This document shows positions 27,875 through 46,000 of a DNA stretch of 64,000 nucleotides, piece by piece. The notes beneath the pieces are model-generated. The model searched no databases, was not told where the DNA came from, and saw nothing but the letters and a program-made list of their open reading frames with translations. Where the stretch lies: contig OZ024765.1 in the NCBI GenBank assembly GCA_964016885.1, positions 20,832,001 through 20,896,000 on the forward strand, given 5' to 3'. The translations under genes and the position numbers were made by a program. The stretch comes from Eledone cirrhosa (Eukaryota). The number at the start of each line of letters is the position of its first letter. The stretch's first letter is position 1.

Positions 27875-28205
27875 GCACGTGGCTTAGTGGTTAGAGCATT
27901 GGCCTTACAATCGAAAGGTTGTGAGTTCAATTCTCAGACCGGGCGATGTGTTGTTTCCTTGGGCAAGACACTTTATTTCACATTGCTCCAGTTTACTCAG
28001 CTGTAGAAATGAGATGATAGGGACTGGGGTCCCTATCATTCCACTGCAAAGTGGTCGTGGAGATGCCACGGCAAAAAAGCACCCAGCACTCACTGTAAAT
28101 GAGGTTAGTGTTAGGAAGGGCATCCAGCTGTAGAAAAGCCAGAATCAGTTCCCGTCCCACCCTTGCAAGCAGGGAAAAAGCGGACGTAAAATGAAATGAA
28201 ATGAA
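27875..28205 (+). mobile_element. CORE-like SINE with RTE tail
   Basis: Duplicate of 2938-3270. Confidence 0.9.
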
Positions 28206-28210
28206 AAAAA

Positions 28211-28260
<50 letters not shown>

Positions 28261-28959
28261 CAGGTAGGGTGTGGTAAAAAGCCAGGTGGACCATAACCCA
28301 CCATAGTACTCGATACTTGGATCTAGCTGTTGAAACAGCCAGAGCTCAGCCGTCAGGGTCCTGAATCTTTCCATATATATATATATATATATATATTGGT
28401 TTTATTCAATGAACAAATATAATTATTTCTGAGGTCAGCATAAGACCTATTTTCATCCCTAAAATAATCCTTCATTCATAATATTCTTTTCCATCCAAAA
28501 CTGAAATCTACCTTCCTCTACCCATAATTTAAGGTTCTTCTACTACTATATTACTATCCTGACCCTCACTATCTCTCTATTGGTCAATTCAAAACCTGTT
28601 CCCAAACAGACCTATTGTATTGAATCTTTGTTTTTTTCAATAAACAAATATCATTATTTCTGAAAATCCCGCCGAGGTTAACTTTGCCTTTCATCCTTAC
28701 GGGGTCAATAAAATAAAGTACCAGTAATACACTGGGTAATTGCTGGCCTTGTGCCTAAAGTAGAAACAATTATTTCTGAAGACAGCATATATATGTGTAG
28801 GTATGTATATTCCCTCTGATAGTTTGTATAAATATTGTACATAGATCTATAGAATATGCATACCAACTCTAACACATATATATATCCTAGAAACGATCGT
28901 AAAATGATGAATTTTTTTAATATAAGGAACTGTTTCTTTGTTTATTCATTATTTTATTA

Positions 28960-28995
<36 letters not shown>

Positions 28996-29182
28996 ATAAT
29001 AATAAATTTGAAGACTAAAATCCAAAGAGGGCTCGATAAGGATAAATATATATCATATATATAAGAAGATCCCGTTAAGGGTGAAAGCAGCGATTCTTTG
29101 CTTAAACTTTAATCTGTTATTTTAATAATTATATATATATATATGTAATATAAGATCAAAAGATGGTTAAAAGAGTTCCAAG

Positions 29183-29253
29183 TATTTTATTATGCGCATT
29201 TCAAAAACAAATATCATCATGAGATGATATCTGCGTTTTCATCAGATAAAATA
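29183..29253 (-). ncRNA. Hammerhead ribozyme, family A
   Basis: Duplicate of 4459-4529. Confidence 0.8.
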
Positions 29254-29638
29254 GGGATACATGATATGAAGGTTAAAAAACACTTGTGAATAGTGAAGTT
29301 TTAAATCAACATATGAAAAATAATTTAAGATTGATGTGTGAGATTGGGGAAAAGGTGAGGGGGGGGGGGAAGAGTAAGGAAGAGGAGGAGATGAGAGTAG
29401 AGAATGGTGGGGGAGGAGTATAAGAAGGAAGGCTGAGAGAGGAGGAGGAGAGATGGGTGATAGAGAGAGAGAGAGAGAGATAGCCTTTACAACTGAGAAA
29501 AATATATATTGTCTCACAGAGAGAAGTTTAAAAGCCGTTGGAAGGTAATAGATAATTTAAAAGAATTTGAAATTAAAAGTTGATGAGGAGAAAAAGGGGT
29601 TAAGAATAATATTAAATTAAGGTTTGAATATTGAAATA

Positions 29639-29680
<42 letters not shown>

Positions 29681-29863
29681 AAGGTGTGTGGCTGAGTGGT
29701 TAGAGAATTGGATTTGCAATCGTAAGGTTGTGAGTTCGATTCCTGGATCGAGTGATGCGTTATGTCCTTGAGCAAGACACTTTATTTCACGTTGCTCCTT
29801 CTACCTGAAAGACCAACGGAAACATTGTTCCCTCGGTCCGATTTGACGAAAGTCGATCGTTTA

Positions 29864-29894
<31 letters not shown>

Positions 29895-29932
29895 TACAAT
29901 TAACAACAAAGAGTGCTTAGAACATAGGTATA

Positions 29933-29992
29933 TCTTTAATTGCTAACAGTGTTTCGTCCACACTAGAAGTGGGACTCTTCAGAGCATAAAGA
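29933..29992 (-). ncRNA. Type I hammerhead ribozyme, family E, inside a ~135-bp insertion (29897-30030)
   Basis: Minus: TCTTTA-TGCT-CTGAAGA-GTCCCAC..GTGGAC-GAAA-CACTG-TT-AGCA-AT-TAAAGA. Confidence 0.78.
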
Positions 29993-30026
29993 GTAAATAC
30001 ATAGTATACACACTCCCAATTCTCTC

Positions 30027-30065
<39 letters not shown>

Positions 30066-30193
30066 AAAGTTCTATTTAAAGTTGTTGGGATACAACAAGT
30101 AACTATTTTTGTAACTGATATAAAGCACTCAACAAGTATTTGGAGTAGATATACGATATTAATAAATGGAAACTATATTTATAAAACCATATT

Positions 30194-30258
30194 TATTTCA
30201 TTATACATATTTCAGGGATACCAAATTAAATTATGGTATGCCTTCATCAGACAAAATA
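30194..30258 (-). ncRNA. Hammerhead ribozyme, family B
   Basis: Duplicate of 5279-5343. Confidence 0.78.
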
Positions 30259-30541
30259 CAATATATAACAGTTTTACAAATAAGCTTTGACGTACCCTAT
30301 TAAAATGCAACCATTGTTTTTGGAAGTCATCCGGATAGTGAATTGTTTATATAACTTTAATAAGTCATAGTGTTAAGAACAATTAGAAAAAGACGGAGAG
30401 AAAGAAAAAACGTGGAGAAATATCGGAGAGAGAGAGAGAGATGCATGGAGAAAAAAAAATATATATATGTATACATATATATATATATATATATATATTA
30501 AGAATATTAATAAATGGAAAATATCTTTATAAAACCATATT

Positions 30542-30602
30542 TATTTAATTATACGTATTTCAAGGGTACCAATATTTAAGTACGCTTTCGTCAGATAAAA
30601 TA
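30542..30602 (-). ncRNA. Hammerhead ribozyme, family B
   Basis: Duplicate of 5617-5677. Confidence 0.78.
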
Positions 30603-30734
30603 TAATAATTGGTGTTAAGATAGTGACATATCTACATATGAACTTAATGGTATAAGTCCAATGTATATATATATGAAAAGAGTCAGGACCCCAACAGCTG
30701 AGCTCTGGCTGTTTCGACAGCTAGATCCGAGTAT

Positions 30735-31297
30735 CATCATCATCATTTTACGTCCGCTTTTCCCTGCTTGCAAGGGTGGGACGGGTCTTATTCAGCACAG
30801 CATCTCTCCACTTGTCACGGTCCTTCGTCATCTCCACCGTGAGCTTCAATGATCTGAGGTCTGTTCTCACCACCTCCGCCCATGTTTTTTGTGGTCTACC
30901 TCTACCACGTCTTCCTTCAACTGGCATTTCCTGGCACTTCTTCACCCATCAGTCATCCTCCATGCGCATCACATGTCCATACCACCTCAGTCTCCTCTGC
31001 CGTACACTACATTCTATCCCTCTCAGACACAGTTTCTCTCTCAACACATCCATGCTGGGTTGTTCACGCACATTTACACTGCACATCCAACGGAGCATGC
31101 TTGCCTCATTTCTCTCCAGCCGTCGCATATCCTCTGCAGTTGCTGCCCATGTATCACTACTATGCAGCATCGCGCTCCTCACACAGGCATCATACAACCG
31201 GCCTTTCATACGCAGGGAGAAACCCTTCTTCGTCAACAGAGGAAGCAACTCCCTAAACTTCTTCCAACCCGTCCTTATTCTAGATACTATGGCCAAG
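30735..31297 (-). mobile_element. 5'-truncated RTE LINE
   Basis: Duplicate of 5810-6368, here with an in-frame stop at ~30949. Confidence 0.9.
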
Positions 31298-31319
31298 TAT
31301 ATATATATATATATATATA

Positions 31320-32050
31320 CTGGAAAATGCTGAGATTCTTTTGAAGTCATTAGAGCAAGCGTCCAACTGTGTTGGACTGTACCTCAACGAATCCAAGACT
31401 GAGTGTGTGAACAGATGGGCAAACAGCCCAAACTACCCCATCAGAACCCTTAATGGTACCACCCTTAAGCAGGTGGAAGATTACAAGTATCTTGGCTCAT
31501 ATATCTCCTCCTCCAAAAAAGATTTTCTAACCAGGAAGGGTATGGCATGGTCAGCGTGCAATGACATGCACGCCATATGGACATCTCAACTTACCAGCAA
31601 GCTAAAACTGGAAATATTCCAAGCAACCATTAAGCCCATATTACTTTATGGATCCGAAACTTGGACACTAACATCACAACTTGAGAGGAGATTGGGTGGC
31701 ACATATACCCGCCTCTTAAGGAGAGTGCAAAACCTATCCTGGAAGCGACATCCCACCTTGTCTAAAATCTATGGCAAACTCCCTCGAGCCTCTGCCCTTC
31801 TAAAATCCCGGAGAGCTCAATTTGCTGGCCACTGTCACCGTGCCAGCAATGAAATCATATCCGCTCTCTTGCTCTGGAACCCTGACTCCAGCCTGACTAG
31901 GAGTAGGAAGCTGTCATTCCCTGACGTTATCTCTAGGGATACGGGAATCAGCAGACAGGACCTGGGGGCAGCAATGGGGGACAGGGAATTCTGGGGCATG
32001 AGAGTGAGATCCATCATCTCGACAGTAGTCGACGAGTGATGATGATGATG

Positions 32051-32052
<2 letters not shown>
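31320..32052 (+). mobile_element. 5'-truncated RTE-X-like LINE
   Basis: Duplicate of 6396-7115, with 9 extra bp (HRASNEI versus HREI). Confidence 0.85.
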
Positions 32053-32089
<37 letters not shown>

Positions 32090-35000
32090 AGTAATGGTTT
32101 GGGACAAGTCTTTGATATTTTATTAACTTTGACACTATAATGAAGTGGTAATTGTGAGAAACATTGGAAGAGGGGTTTTGTGGAGTTAACTCAACTTGTG
32201 AAGTGTTTCAATGAAAAATATATATATGAAGTTATTTATAGTTATATCATTTCTTGTCCTCTTTCCCAGAAGACAGGTGGTGGACGTATACAGAAGACTG
32301 ATAGAAGACAGAAGAGAGAAGACAGAAGGAGACAAATGAAGACAGATGGAAGAAGATAGACAGAGAAGATAGAAGACAGAAGAGAGAAGACAGAAGGAGA
32401 CAAATGAAGACAGATGGAAGAAGATAGACAGAGAAGATAGAAGACAGAAGAGAGAAGACAGAAGGAGACAAATGAAGACAGATGGAAGAAGATAGACAGA
32501 GAGAAGATAGAAGACAGATGGAAGAAGATAGAAGATAGAAAGAGGAAGGCAGAAGACGGTAGAAGAAAGAAGAGAAGAAGGTAGGAGAGGAAGAAGAGAC
32601 AAGAGAAAGATAGAAGAAGATAGAAGGGAGAAGAAGGTAGGAGAAGAAAGCGGGAATACAGAAGACAGAAGAGAGAAGATTGAAAAAGATAGAAGGTAAG
32701 AGAATACAGAAGAAGAAAACAGAAAGAGGAAGACAGAAGAAGGTAGAGAAAGACAGAAGACAGAAGATGGTACAAGAACACAGAAGAGAAAGAACCTAGA
32801 AGAAGGTAGGAAAAAGAGGAAGACAAGAGAGAAGTAGAAGAGGAAGACAGAAGAGAAAGAACCTAGAAGAAGGTAGGAAAAAGAGGAAGACAGAAGAGGG
32901 AAGACAAGAGAGAAGTAGAAGAGGAAGACAGAAGAGAAAGAACCTAGAAGAAGGTAGGAAAAAGAGGAAGACAAGAGAGAAGTAGAAGAGGAAGACAGAA
33001 GAGAAAGAACCTAGAAGAAAGTAGGAAAAAGAGGAAGACAAGAGAGAAGTAGAAGGGGAAAACAGAAGAGGGAAGACAAGAGAGAAGTGGAAGAGGAAGA
33101 CAGAAGAGGGAAGACAAGAGAGAAGTAGGAGAGAAGGAGTATGTTGTGGGGAGCCAACCAGTGCCAATATTGGTAACAATATCCCAACGTCCATCAGCAC
33201 CAAATTTTATTGATTTTTATTCTATTTCTAAGTAAATATAGTTACTAGGTGGTAAATATTTCACCTAGAGAGAGAGGAGAGGGGAGAGGGGAGGGGAGGG
33301 AGGGGGTATCATCATCATCATCATCATCACTATCATCATTATTACCATAATTGCTACCATCATCATCATCATCATCACTGTTATCATCATCATCACCTTC
33401 AATGCCACCACCACCAACACTACCACCACCACCGCCACACCACCAACAACATCACCACAATAATCAACATCATCAACACCACCACCACCATCGCCAACAC
33501 CACCACCGCCAACACCACCACACCACCACCGCCAACACCATCACCACCAACATCACCACCACTCACCACACCACCACCAACATCACCACACCACCACCAT
33601 CACCACCATCACCACAATACTCAACATCATCAACACCAACAACAACACCACCACATCACCACCACACCACCACCACCTTCACCACCATCACCACAATCAT
33701 CAACACCACCACCACAACCACCACCAACAACAACACACCAACACCACCATCACCACCACCACCACAACCACCATCACCACCACCACCATCACACCACCAA
33801 CACCATCACCACAATCATCAACACCACCTCCACCACCACTACCACCTCCACCACCACCACACCACCACCACAATCATCAACATCATCAACACCACTACCA
33901 CCACCAACAACAACACCACCTCCACCACTACCACCAGTCACTGACCTCCCCCACACTTTACAGAGTGTACTGGGTGCTGCGGTCACTGACCTCTGTGTAA
34001 GTGGCTGAGTATTCCACAGACATATATACCCTTTAATGTGGTTCTCAGGGAGATTCATTTTGCCTTAGTGTGTGACATGGCTGAGTATTCCACAGATATG
34101 TGTACCATTGACCTAGTTCTCAGGGAGATTCAGCTATGACACAGTGTATGACATGGTTACGGACCTTTCGGTAACTGGTACAAATTGCTGCCATCTTGTT
34201 TACACACACTTACAGACATATATATATATACACACATACACACGGGCAGACATACACATGTATATATACACACACATACATACACACACACACACACACA
34301 TACAGACATACATATACATACACACATATACACACACATACATACACACACACATACAGACATACATATACATACACACATATACACGCACATGCATACA
34401 CACACACAGGCAAACATACACAGTATATACACACACATACATACATACACACACACACAGGCATACATATATATATACACTCATATATATACACATATAC
34501 ATACACACAAATATATACACACACATATACACACACACACATATATATATACACATATATATATACACATATATATACACACACACATACACACACACAC
34601 ATATATATATATACACATATATATACACACACACATACACACACACACATATATATATATACACATATATATACACACATACAGAGATACACAAACACAC
34701 ACACACAAGACAGTCACACACACCGACAGTCACACACACACATATATAGACATATATACACACATACATATACACACACACACACCTACATATATAGACA
34801 CATATATATACACATACATATACACACACACACACACCTACATATACAGACACATATATACACACATACATATACACACACCAACATATATACACACACA
34901 CATATATAGACACATATACACACATACATATACACACACACGGGCAAACATACAGACATACACATATATATACACACACACATACGATGACCCACAAAAA

Positions 35001-35169
35001 CACATTGACAAGAACCAATCCCCACCCACTCCCTCCCTCACCACCCTCCATCCCCCACGCCACACCTTTCTAATTAAATTATTGATTAATTACATTCTAT
35101 TGAAGACAATCAATGATTTACTTCTACAACAATTTCTAGGTAGGAAACCAGTTAACTCACACACATATA

Positions 35170-35209
<40 letters not shown>

Positions 35210-35482
35210 CATACATATATATACAACCATATATATATATACATACATACATATATATACAACCATATATATATATACATACATACATATATATATATAC
35301 ATACATATACATATATACATACATATACATACATATATGTATATACATACATATACATACATACACATACATATATATATATACATACATATACATACAT
35401 ACATATATATACATATATATATATACATACCTATATATACATATATATATATACATATATATATATACATACCTATATATAC

Positions 35483-35513
<31 letters not shown>

Positions 35514-36011
35514 CATACCTATATATACATACATACATATATACATACCTACATATATACATACATACATATATACATACCTACATATATACATACATAC
35601 ATATATACATACCTATATATACATACATACATATATACATACCTATATATACATACATATATATATATATACATACCTATATATACATACATATATATAT
35701 ACATACCTATATATACATACATACCTATATATACATACATATATATATACATACCTATATATACATACATACATATATATACATATATATATACATACCT
35801 ATATATACATACATATATACATACCTATATATACATACATACATATACATACCTATATATACATACATACATATACATTCATACATATATATACATATAT
35901 ATATATACATATCTATATATACATACATATACATACATATATACACATACATATATATACATACACAATATATATATATGTATATACATATATACATACA
36001 TATATATATAC

Positions 36012-36044
<33 letters not shown>

Positions 36045-36471
36045 CATATATATATATTTATCATATATATATATATACATATATTCATATTTATCATATA
36101 TATATACATATATATATACATATATATATACATATATATATACATATATATATACATATATATATACATACATATATTTATATATATTCATATATACATA
36201 CATATATATATATACATACATATATATATATCTATATATACATACATATATATATATCTATATATACATACATATATATATATCTATATATACATACATA
36301 TATATATATCTATATATACATACATATATATATATCTATATATACATACATATATATATATCTATATATACATACATATATATATATCTATATATACATA
36401 CATATATATATATCTATATATACATACATATATATATATCTATATATACATACATATATATATATCTATAT

Positions 36472-36502
<31 letters not shown>

Positions 36503-36621
36503 CATACATATATATATATATATATATACATACATATATATATATATATATATACATACATATATATATATATACATACATACATACATATATATATATA
36601 TATACATACATATATATATAT

Positions 36622-36679
<58 letters not shown>

Positions 36680-36873
36680 ATACATATATATATATATATA
36701 TATACATACATATATATATATATATATATACATACATATATATATATATATATATACATACATATATATATATATATATACATACATATATATACATATA
36801 TATACATATATATATATATATATACATATATATACATACATATATATATATATATATACATACATATATATAT

Positions 36874-37487
36874 GGTGGCTGCCAACTCGTTTTCGAGTAC
36901 GGCCATGACTTTATATCCATGTAGGAGAACCCCTACCGATACGCTGAACGAGTGTGACTTTTTAGTCCAGCCAGCGACTTGAAAACTCTGGTACAAACAC
37001 TACACTTGTGACAATTACTGACACATAGTGCTGGGCCCATGGTACCATGTGACGACAAGTGCAGAGAGATCTCCAGATATAAAGCAATGCCTGTGCCGTG
37101 AAGCTTTTATAGTGAGGAAGGGCACTGCACAAAGCCAGTCCCACTCTCTTAACCAAGATGATATTTACCAAAAAGAAGAACAAGCCAACATCATTGGATA
37201 CCATCAGGGTTGCAGGTGTTATATCAGAGTTTTCCTTCTCCTAGAATTTTGCCTTTACAAAGGCTAAGGGGTCATCTCTCCCGGTGATTTTGGATGGCCA
37301 TTGACTCTTAAGAGGTCCTTTGTCCTTTGACAGGTTTTGTTTTTAGTCCTGCAGGATGTCCAAAGTCACCCTCCTCACCAAGAAACCTTGGTGGGGTTGC
37401 CAGTTTAGTCGCCAACGACCCGACCATGAGACAGGTTGTACTGGGATACATGTTACCAGTAGCACCAACTGGTGACCTGACATAACA
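36874..37487 (-). mobile_element. Unclassified interspersed element in microsatellite, possibly RTE/RTE-X UTR-derived
   Basis: Balanced-GC island bounded by (TA)n. Minus-strand CTAGGAGAAGGAAAACTCTGA resembles RTE-type 5' UTR motifs (from memory). Confidence 0.4.
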
Positions 37488-41410
<3,923 letters not shown>

Positions 41411-41412
41411 CC

Positions 41413-41836
41413 TACAAGGTGTGTCAGAAAAGTTCCAGGACTGATGTCACAAAAGATTTATTTCAAACCCAAAATTCACACTAAGAGTTTTCTCCTTCAA
41501 AGTAATCCCCCTCGAGTATGTAAGTGTAATCTTAGCTCAGAGCAACGAACAAACTTGAAAACTCGGTCAGAAGCACTGGGATTGCTGCAGCAAGTGTATG
41601 GAGATGAGATGATGTCACGCTCACGTGTTTTTGAGTGGTGCAAGAGGTTTAAAGAAGGACGCGAGGACGTGGAAGATGACCCCAGGAGCGGAAGGCCCTC
41701 AACAACCAGGACTGAGGTCAACATTGAGCGCGTCAGGCAGATGGTGCGTAGCGATCGTCGGCTGACTGTTCGACTGATGGCAAATGAGCTGGGCATGAAT
41801 CGGGACAGGGTCTGGAATATTCTCACCGAAGATTTG
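41413..41836 (+). pseudogene. Mariner transposon 5' remnant (probable left TIR and HTH region)
   Basis: [77 protein letters not shown]. No DD34D domain. Confidence 0.88.
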
Positions 41837-41889
41837 GACAAGCATATACGGTGTCCATCCAATACCAGTTTTGTATAATTATATGTATG

Positions 41890-41920
<31 letters not shown>

Positions 41921-41922
<2 letters not shown>

Positions 41923-42045
41923 CATCATCATCATCCTTATGATCACCGTTTTATGTTCATTTTTCCACGCTAGCATGGGTCAGACGGGTTGTCCTGTTGT
42001 GGGCAATGCCAAGTTAGGTGACCATGTCTTGCTCATACAGAACTG
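41921..42045 (-). mobile_element. RTE 3' tail fragment
   Basis: Similar to 47153-47265. Confidence 0.7.
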
Positions 42046-42056
42046 ATTATATATAT

Positions 42057-42386
42057 AGAGTGTACCCCTAGCAATCGAAGTCCCGGTTATTCGAGGAATT
42101 TTACTCAGAACCCAACATATTCCCAGAATTATATCTTCTGGGAATTTTTCATGGCTTTTTTTGTGGCAATATATATTTTTACCACTAAATTATTAACATA
42201 TTAACAACAATATACCATATTTGCTAGCCTATTAGATGCCCCTTTACATAAGACGCTCCCTTTTTTTTAAATTATATTTTGATGTTTATAGACATTTTTA
42301 TGGACCAGTCCAATATTTGCAGTTTTTCACTCTTTGTGGGTATTCTGGGAACGTAACCTCTGCAAATACTGGGGGAACAACTGTAT
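42057..42386. mobile_element. Degenerate Tigger/pogo-like DNA transposon remnant
   Basis: Right end reads TA-CAGTTGTTCCCCCAGTATTTGCAGAGGTTACGTTCCCAG on the minus strand, like Tigger-type termini. Left end only weakly similar. Confidence 0.4.
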
Positions 42387-42678
42387 CATCATCATCATTT
42401 TACGTCCACTTTTCCCTGCTTGCAAGGGTGGGACGGGAACTGATTCTGGCTTGATTTCTACAGCTGGATGCCCTTCCTAACACCAACCTCATTTACAGTG
42501 AGTGCTGGGTGCTTTTTTGCCGTGGCACCTCCATGACCACTTTGCAGTGGAATGATAGGGACCCCAGTCCCTATCATCTCATTTCTACAGCTGAGTAAAC
42601 TGGAGCAATGTGAAATAAAGTGTCTTGCTCAAGGACAACACATCATCCGGTCTGAGAATTGAACTCACAACCTTTCGA
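42387..42678 (-). mobile_element. CORE-like SINE, 5'-truncated
   Basis: Reverse complement of the 9-343 family. Confidence 0.9.
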
Positions 42679-42829
42679 CGGCTAATTCTGGACTAAATTT
42701 TTAGTCCAGAATTAGCCGTCGAAATGGCTTGAGCTCAGCCGTCGGGGTCCTACTCGTTCCTATATATATATATATATATATATATTCAATGGCTGATAAT
42801 ACCTTACCAGCACCACTCGAATAAGGTAA

Positions 42830-42990
42830 TTATCTAACCCATAAATGGGGTCCTAGAAGGTACTACTACTTCAGGCCAGAGCAGAGCTGGGGTTATGACA
42901 ACTAACAGGTAACTTCACATTCCCCACAGCTCCTGAACTCTCGAACTGGAGCCTTGCCATTGGATGTAGTTTAATGTCATACCCAGGATG
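42830..42990 (-). mobile_element. Ceph-domain-like SINE fragment
   Basis: Minus: CCTGGGTATGACATTAAACTACATCCAATGGCAAGGCTCCAG..GGGGAATGTG..GTAGTACC..GGACCCCATTTATGGG. Family name from memory. Confidence 0.5.
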
Positions 42991-43030
42991 GGAATTTTAC
43001 CTGCCCTAGATATATTTATATATATATATA

Positions 43031-46000
43031 TCATCATCATTATCTTCGTTTAACGTCCATCTTCCACACTAGCATGGGTTAGACGGGAGTTGTCCCACTT
43101 GAGGTAAGATTAGTTGGGTGACCGTGTCTCGCTCATATAGGACTATCTGGCAATTTTTCTACGGCTGGATGCCCTTCCTAACACCAACCACATTAACAGT
43201 GTGGAACTGGGAACTTTTTACCGTGTTACCTACACAACCACATTACACCGTGGGCTCTGTGTTATTTTGTCGTGACACCTACACGATCTCGATCTCATTT
43301 ATTTGGACTGGATGTTGTGGTACCAACTTTACAGAGAGAGGGTGGTGTGAGTGGGAGTGGGAGGATAGAGTAGGGGTAGTGGATTGTGGTGTATATTTGG
43401 TTAAGAGGTACGTACTGGCTGTAGATTTCACTTTGTACATAGGCAAGGCGGTTCTTCTGTATTATTGCGTAGCGCCAAAGATCTCGGTTCAGTGACATTG
43501 TCTTAGAGAAGTGCAAGTGTGTAAGGTCGGAATTTATCAGATCGTCCCAGGTTTTTCTGGGTCTACCTACTCCGTAACTAACATCAATTCTGATCGCTCT
43601 GCACTTTTTTATACAGCTGTCGTCTTTCATGCGCATCACGTGACCATACCAACGTAGTCTTCTCTGGAGTAAACAACATCTGATCCCTCTTATTCCTAAT
43701 TTCTCACTTAGTTCATTTATGCTTTGCTGTTCACGTATATTACTATTACACATCAAACGGAGCATGCATGCTTCGTTCCTCTCCAGTCTACGCAGGTCCT
43801 CTGCACGCAATGCCCATGTCTCACTGCCATGTAACATTGCTGTTCGTATGCAGGCATCATACAATCTACCTTTCACTTTTAGAGAGAAACCTTTTGTGGC
43901 CAATAGCGGTATAAGCTCTCTGAACTTTTTCCATCCCGTTCTGACTCTGGCTACTGTACTTTCAGAGCACCCTCCACCACTGCTGATTTTGTCACCCAGG
44001 TAATGGAAAGTGTCTACTATTTCTATAGAACCATCTGGGCAATAGAAGCAGCTAGTAACCTTTGGACACTTGCTACTTATTGCACCTAAGCACCGGCCAC
44101 ATATAAAATCTACGTTCTTAGTTAGCTTACCTGTGATCCCACTTTTATGTACCCATACTTTGCATTTGGGACATAAAATGGAGTTTCTACCTACGCCTTT
44201 CCTACACACTGAGCATGGCCATTTCCCGGAAGGGACCGGCGCCTTATTTTCTTTCCTACAAACTAGAACTTTAGTCTTAGCCAGGTTAATTTTAAGGCCT
44301 TTTGATTCTAGGCCGTGCTTCCATGTTTGGAATTTCTTCTCTAGCTCGGCCATTGATTCAGCTATGAGCGTTAGGTCATCTGCGTATACGAGTTCCCATG
44401 GGCAGCCGGTCTTGAACTCCTCTGTTATAGCCTGAAGAGCAATAATGAATAGTAGGGGCCTAAGAACAGAGCCCTGATGGACACCAACTTTTACGCTAAA
44501 CTCTTCACTATATTCGTTGTTAATTCTAACCTTGCTCACTGTTTCTTTATACATGGCTTGTATAGCTCTCACAAGCCATTCGTCAACACCTAGTTTTCTA
44601 AGAGCCCACCAGATAATGGAACGGGGGACTCTGTCGAAGGCTTTCTCCAAGTCGACAAAGGCTAAGTATAGGGGTTTACTTTTAGCTAGGTACTTCTCCT
44701 GTAGTTGTCGTACAATGAAAAGAGCGTCTGTGGTACTTTTACCTGACACAAACCCGAACTGCATTTCATCTAGAGCGATTCTCTCTCTGATTAGTTGCAC
44801 TATTACTTTTTCCGTGACCTTCATGACCTGGTCGATTAATTTAATCCCTCTATAGTTACTCCTATCTAGGGCGTCTCCTTTACCCTTGTAACAGTTAATG
44901 ATGATGCTGCTACGCCAGTCCTTCGGAACAACCCCATTCTGTATGACTTGGTTTACTATCCGGGTGACCATGGTGTGTCCCACCGTTCCAGAGGCCTTCA
45001 GCATCTCAGCAACTATTTCCGAAGGCCCAGCCGCCTTACCCGTCTTCATATCTTTGATTGCCTTACTTATTATACTACCTTCAACTAACACTGCTGGTCC
45101 CTCTATTGGATCGATCTGGGGGAGACTATCCTTCTCCCATTTATTCTCCTCATTTAGTAGCCTCTCGTAGTGACACTTCCAAGCGACCTTCTTATCAGCG
45201 TCAGTGATGGCGAGTACACCATCATCATTTAGTACACACTTCTCCCCGACAATATCACAGTTTTCCTTGACACATTGCCTAGCAATCCTGAACACCTCAC
45301 GTTTTTGGTCCTCGCGTTGTAGAACATGCTTGAACTTTCTTTCCTCTGCTTCCCTTCTTGCGAAGTACACTTGTCTCCTAGCTTCCCTCCTGGCCACTTG
45401 ATAGTCTTCTCTACTTCCCCCATCCCGCCATATTTTCCAAGCCTGCTTTTTGGCCTTAATCGACTCCTCCACCTTACTGTTCCACCACCACGTTACTCTC
45501 CTCCTGCCTATAGGCCTGCTCCGGCCACAGACTCCGTCTGCCGCCATCAGCAGGTTTGCTTTCAGGAATTCCCACTGTCCCTCTATATTGTCCGACTCTA
45601 AATGCTCTTCCTTACTGTCAAAAGCATCAAGTAATATGCTTTGAAATTTATTTCTGGCTGTGGGGTCCTTTAACTTCCATATTTTTCTCTTGAGGATAGT
45701 CCTCTTTTGCTGTCGAGTGCGTCTCGTCCTGACTATGAGGTCGCTAATTATCAGTCTATGTTGGGAGGTGCATTCTTCATGGGGGAGGGATTTAGTGTTT
45801 ACAACAGACACTCTGTCACGTCTTCTGGTAAGGATATAATCTACCTGGCTGGTATGTTCCACTGATCTGTAGGTGATCAAGTGATTGTCTCGTTTTTTGA
45901 AGTTAGTGTTACAGATTGCTCGGTTATTTGCGTCACAGAATTCCAGGATTCTGGAGCCTTCCTCATTTCTAGTACCAAACCCATAGCCTCCATGGATTTC

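Larger units (their letters stand above)
24957..35600 (+). repeat. Duplicated block, copy 2
   Basis: Colinear with 1-10572. Right end is lost in microsatellite. Confidence 0.93.

Noticed and set aside
37395-37475. HDV-like ribozyme on the minus strand (CCAGT..CTAA-ACTGG)
   Set aside because: P2, P3 and J4/2-like pieces exist, but no P1 3' strand or P1.1 could be placed.
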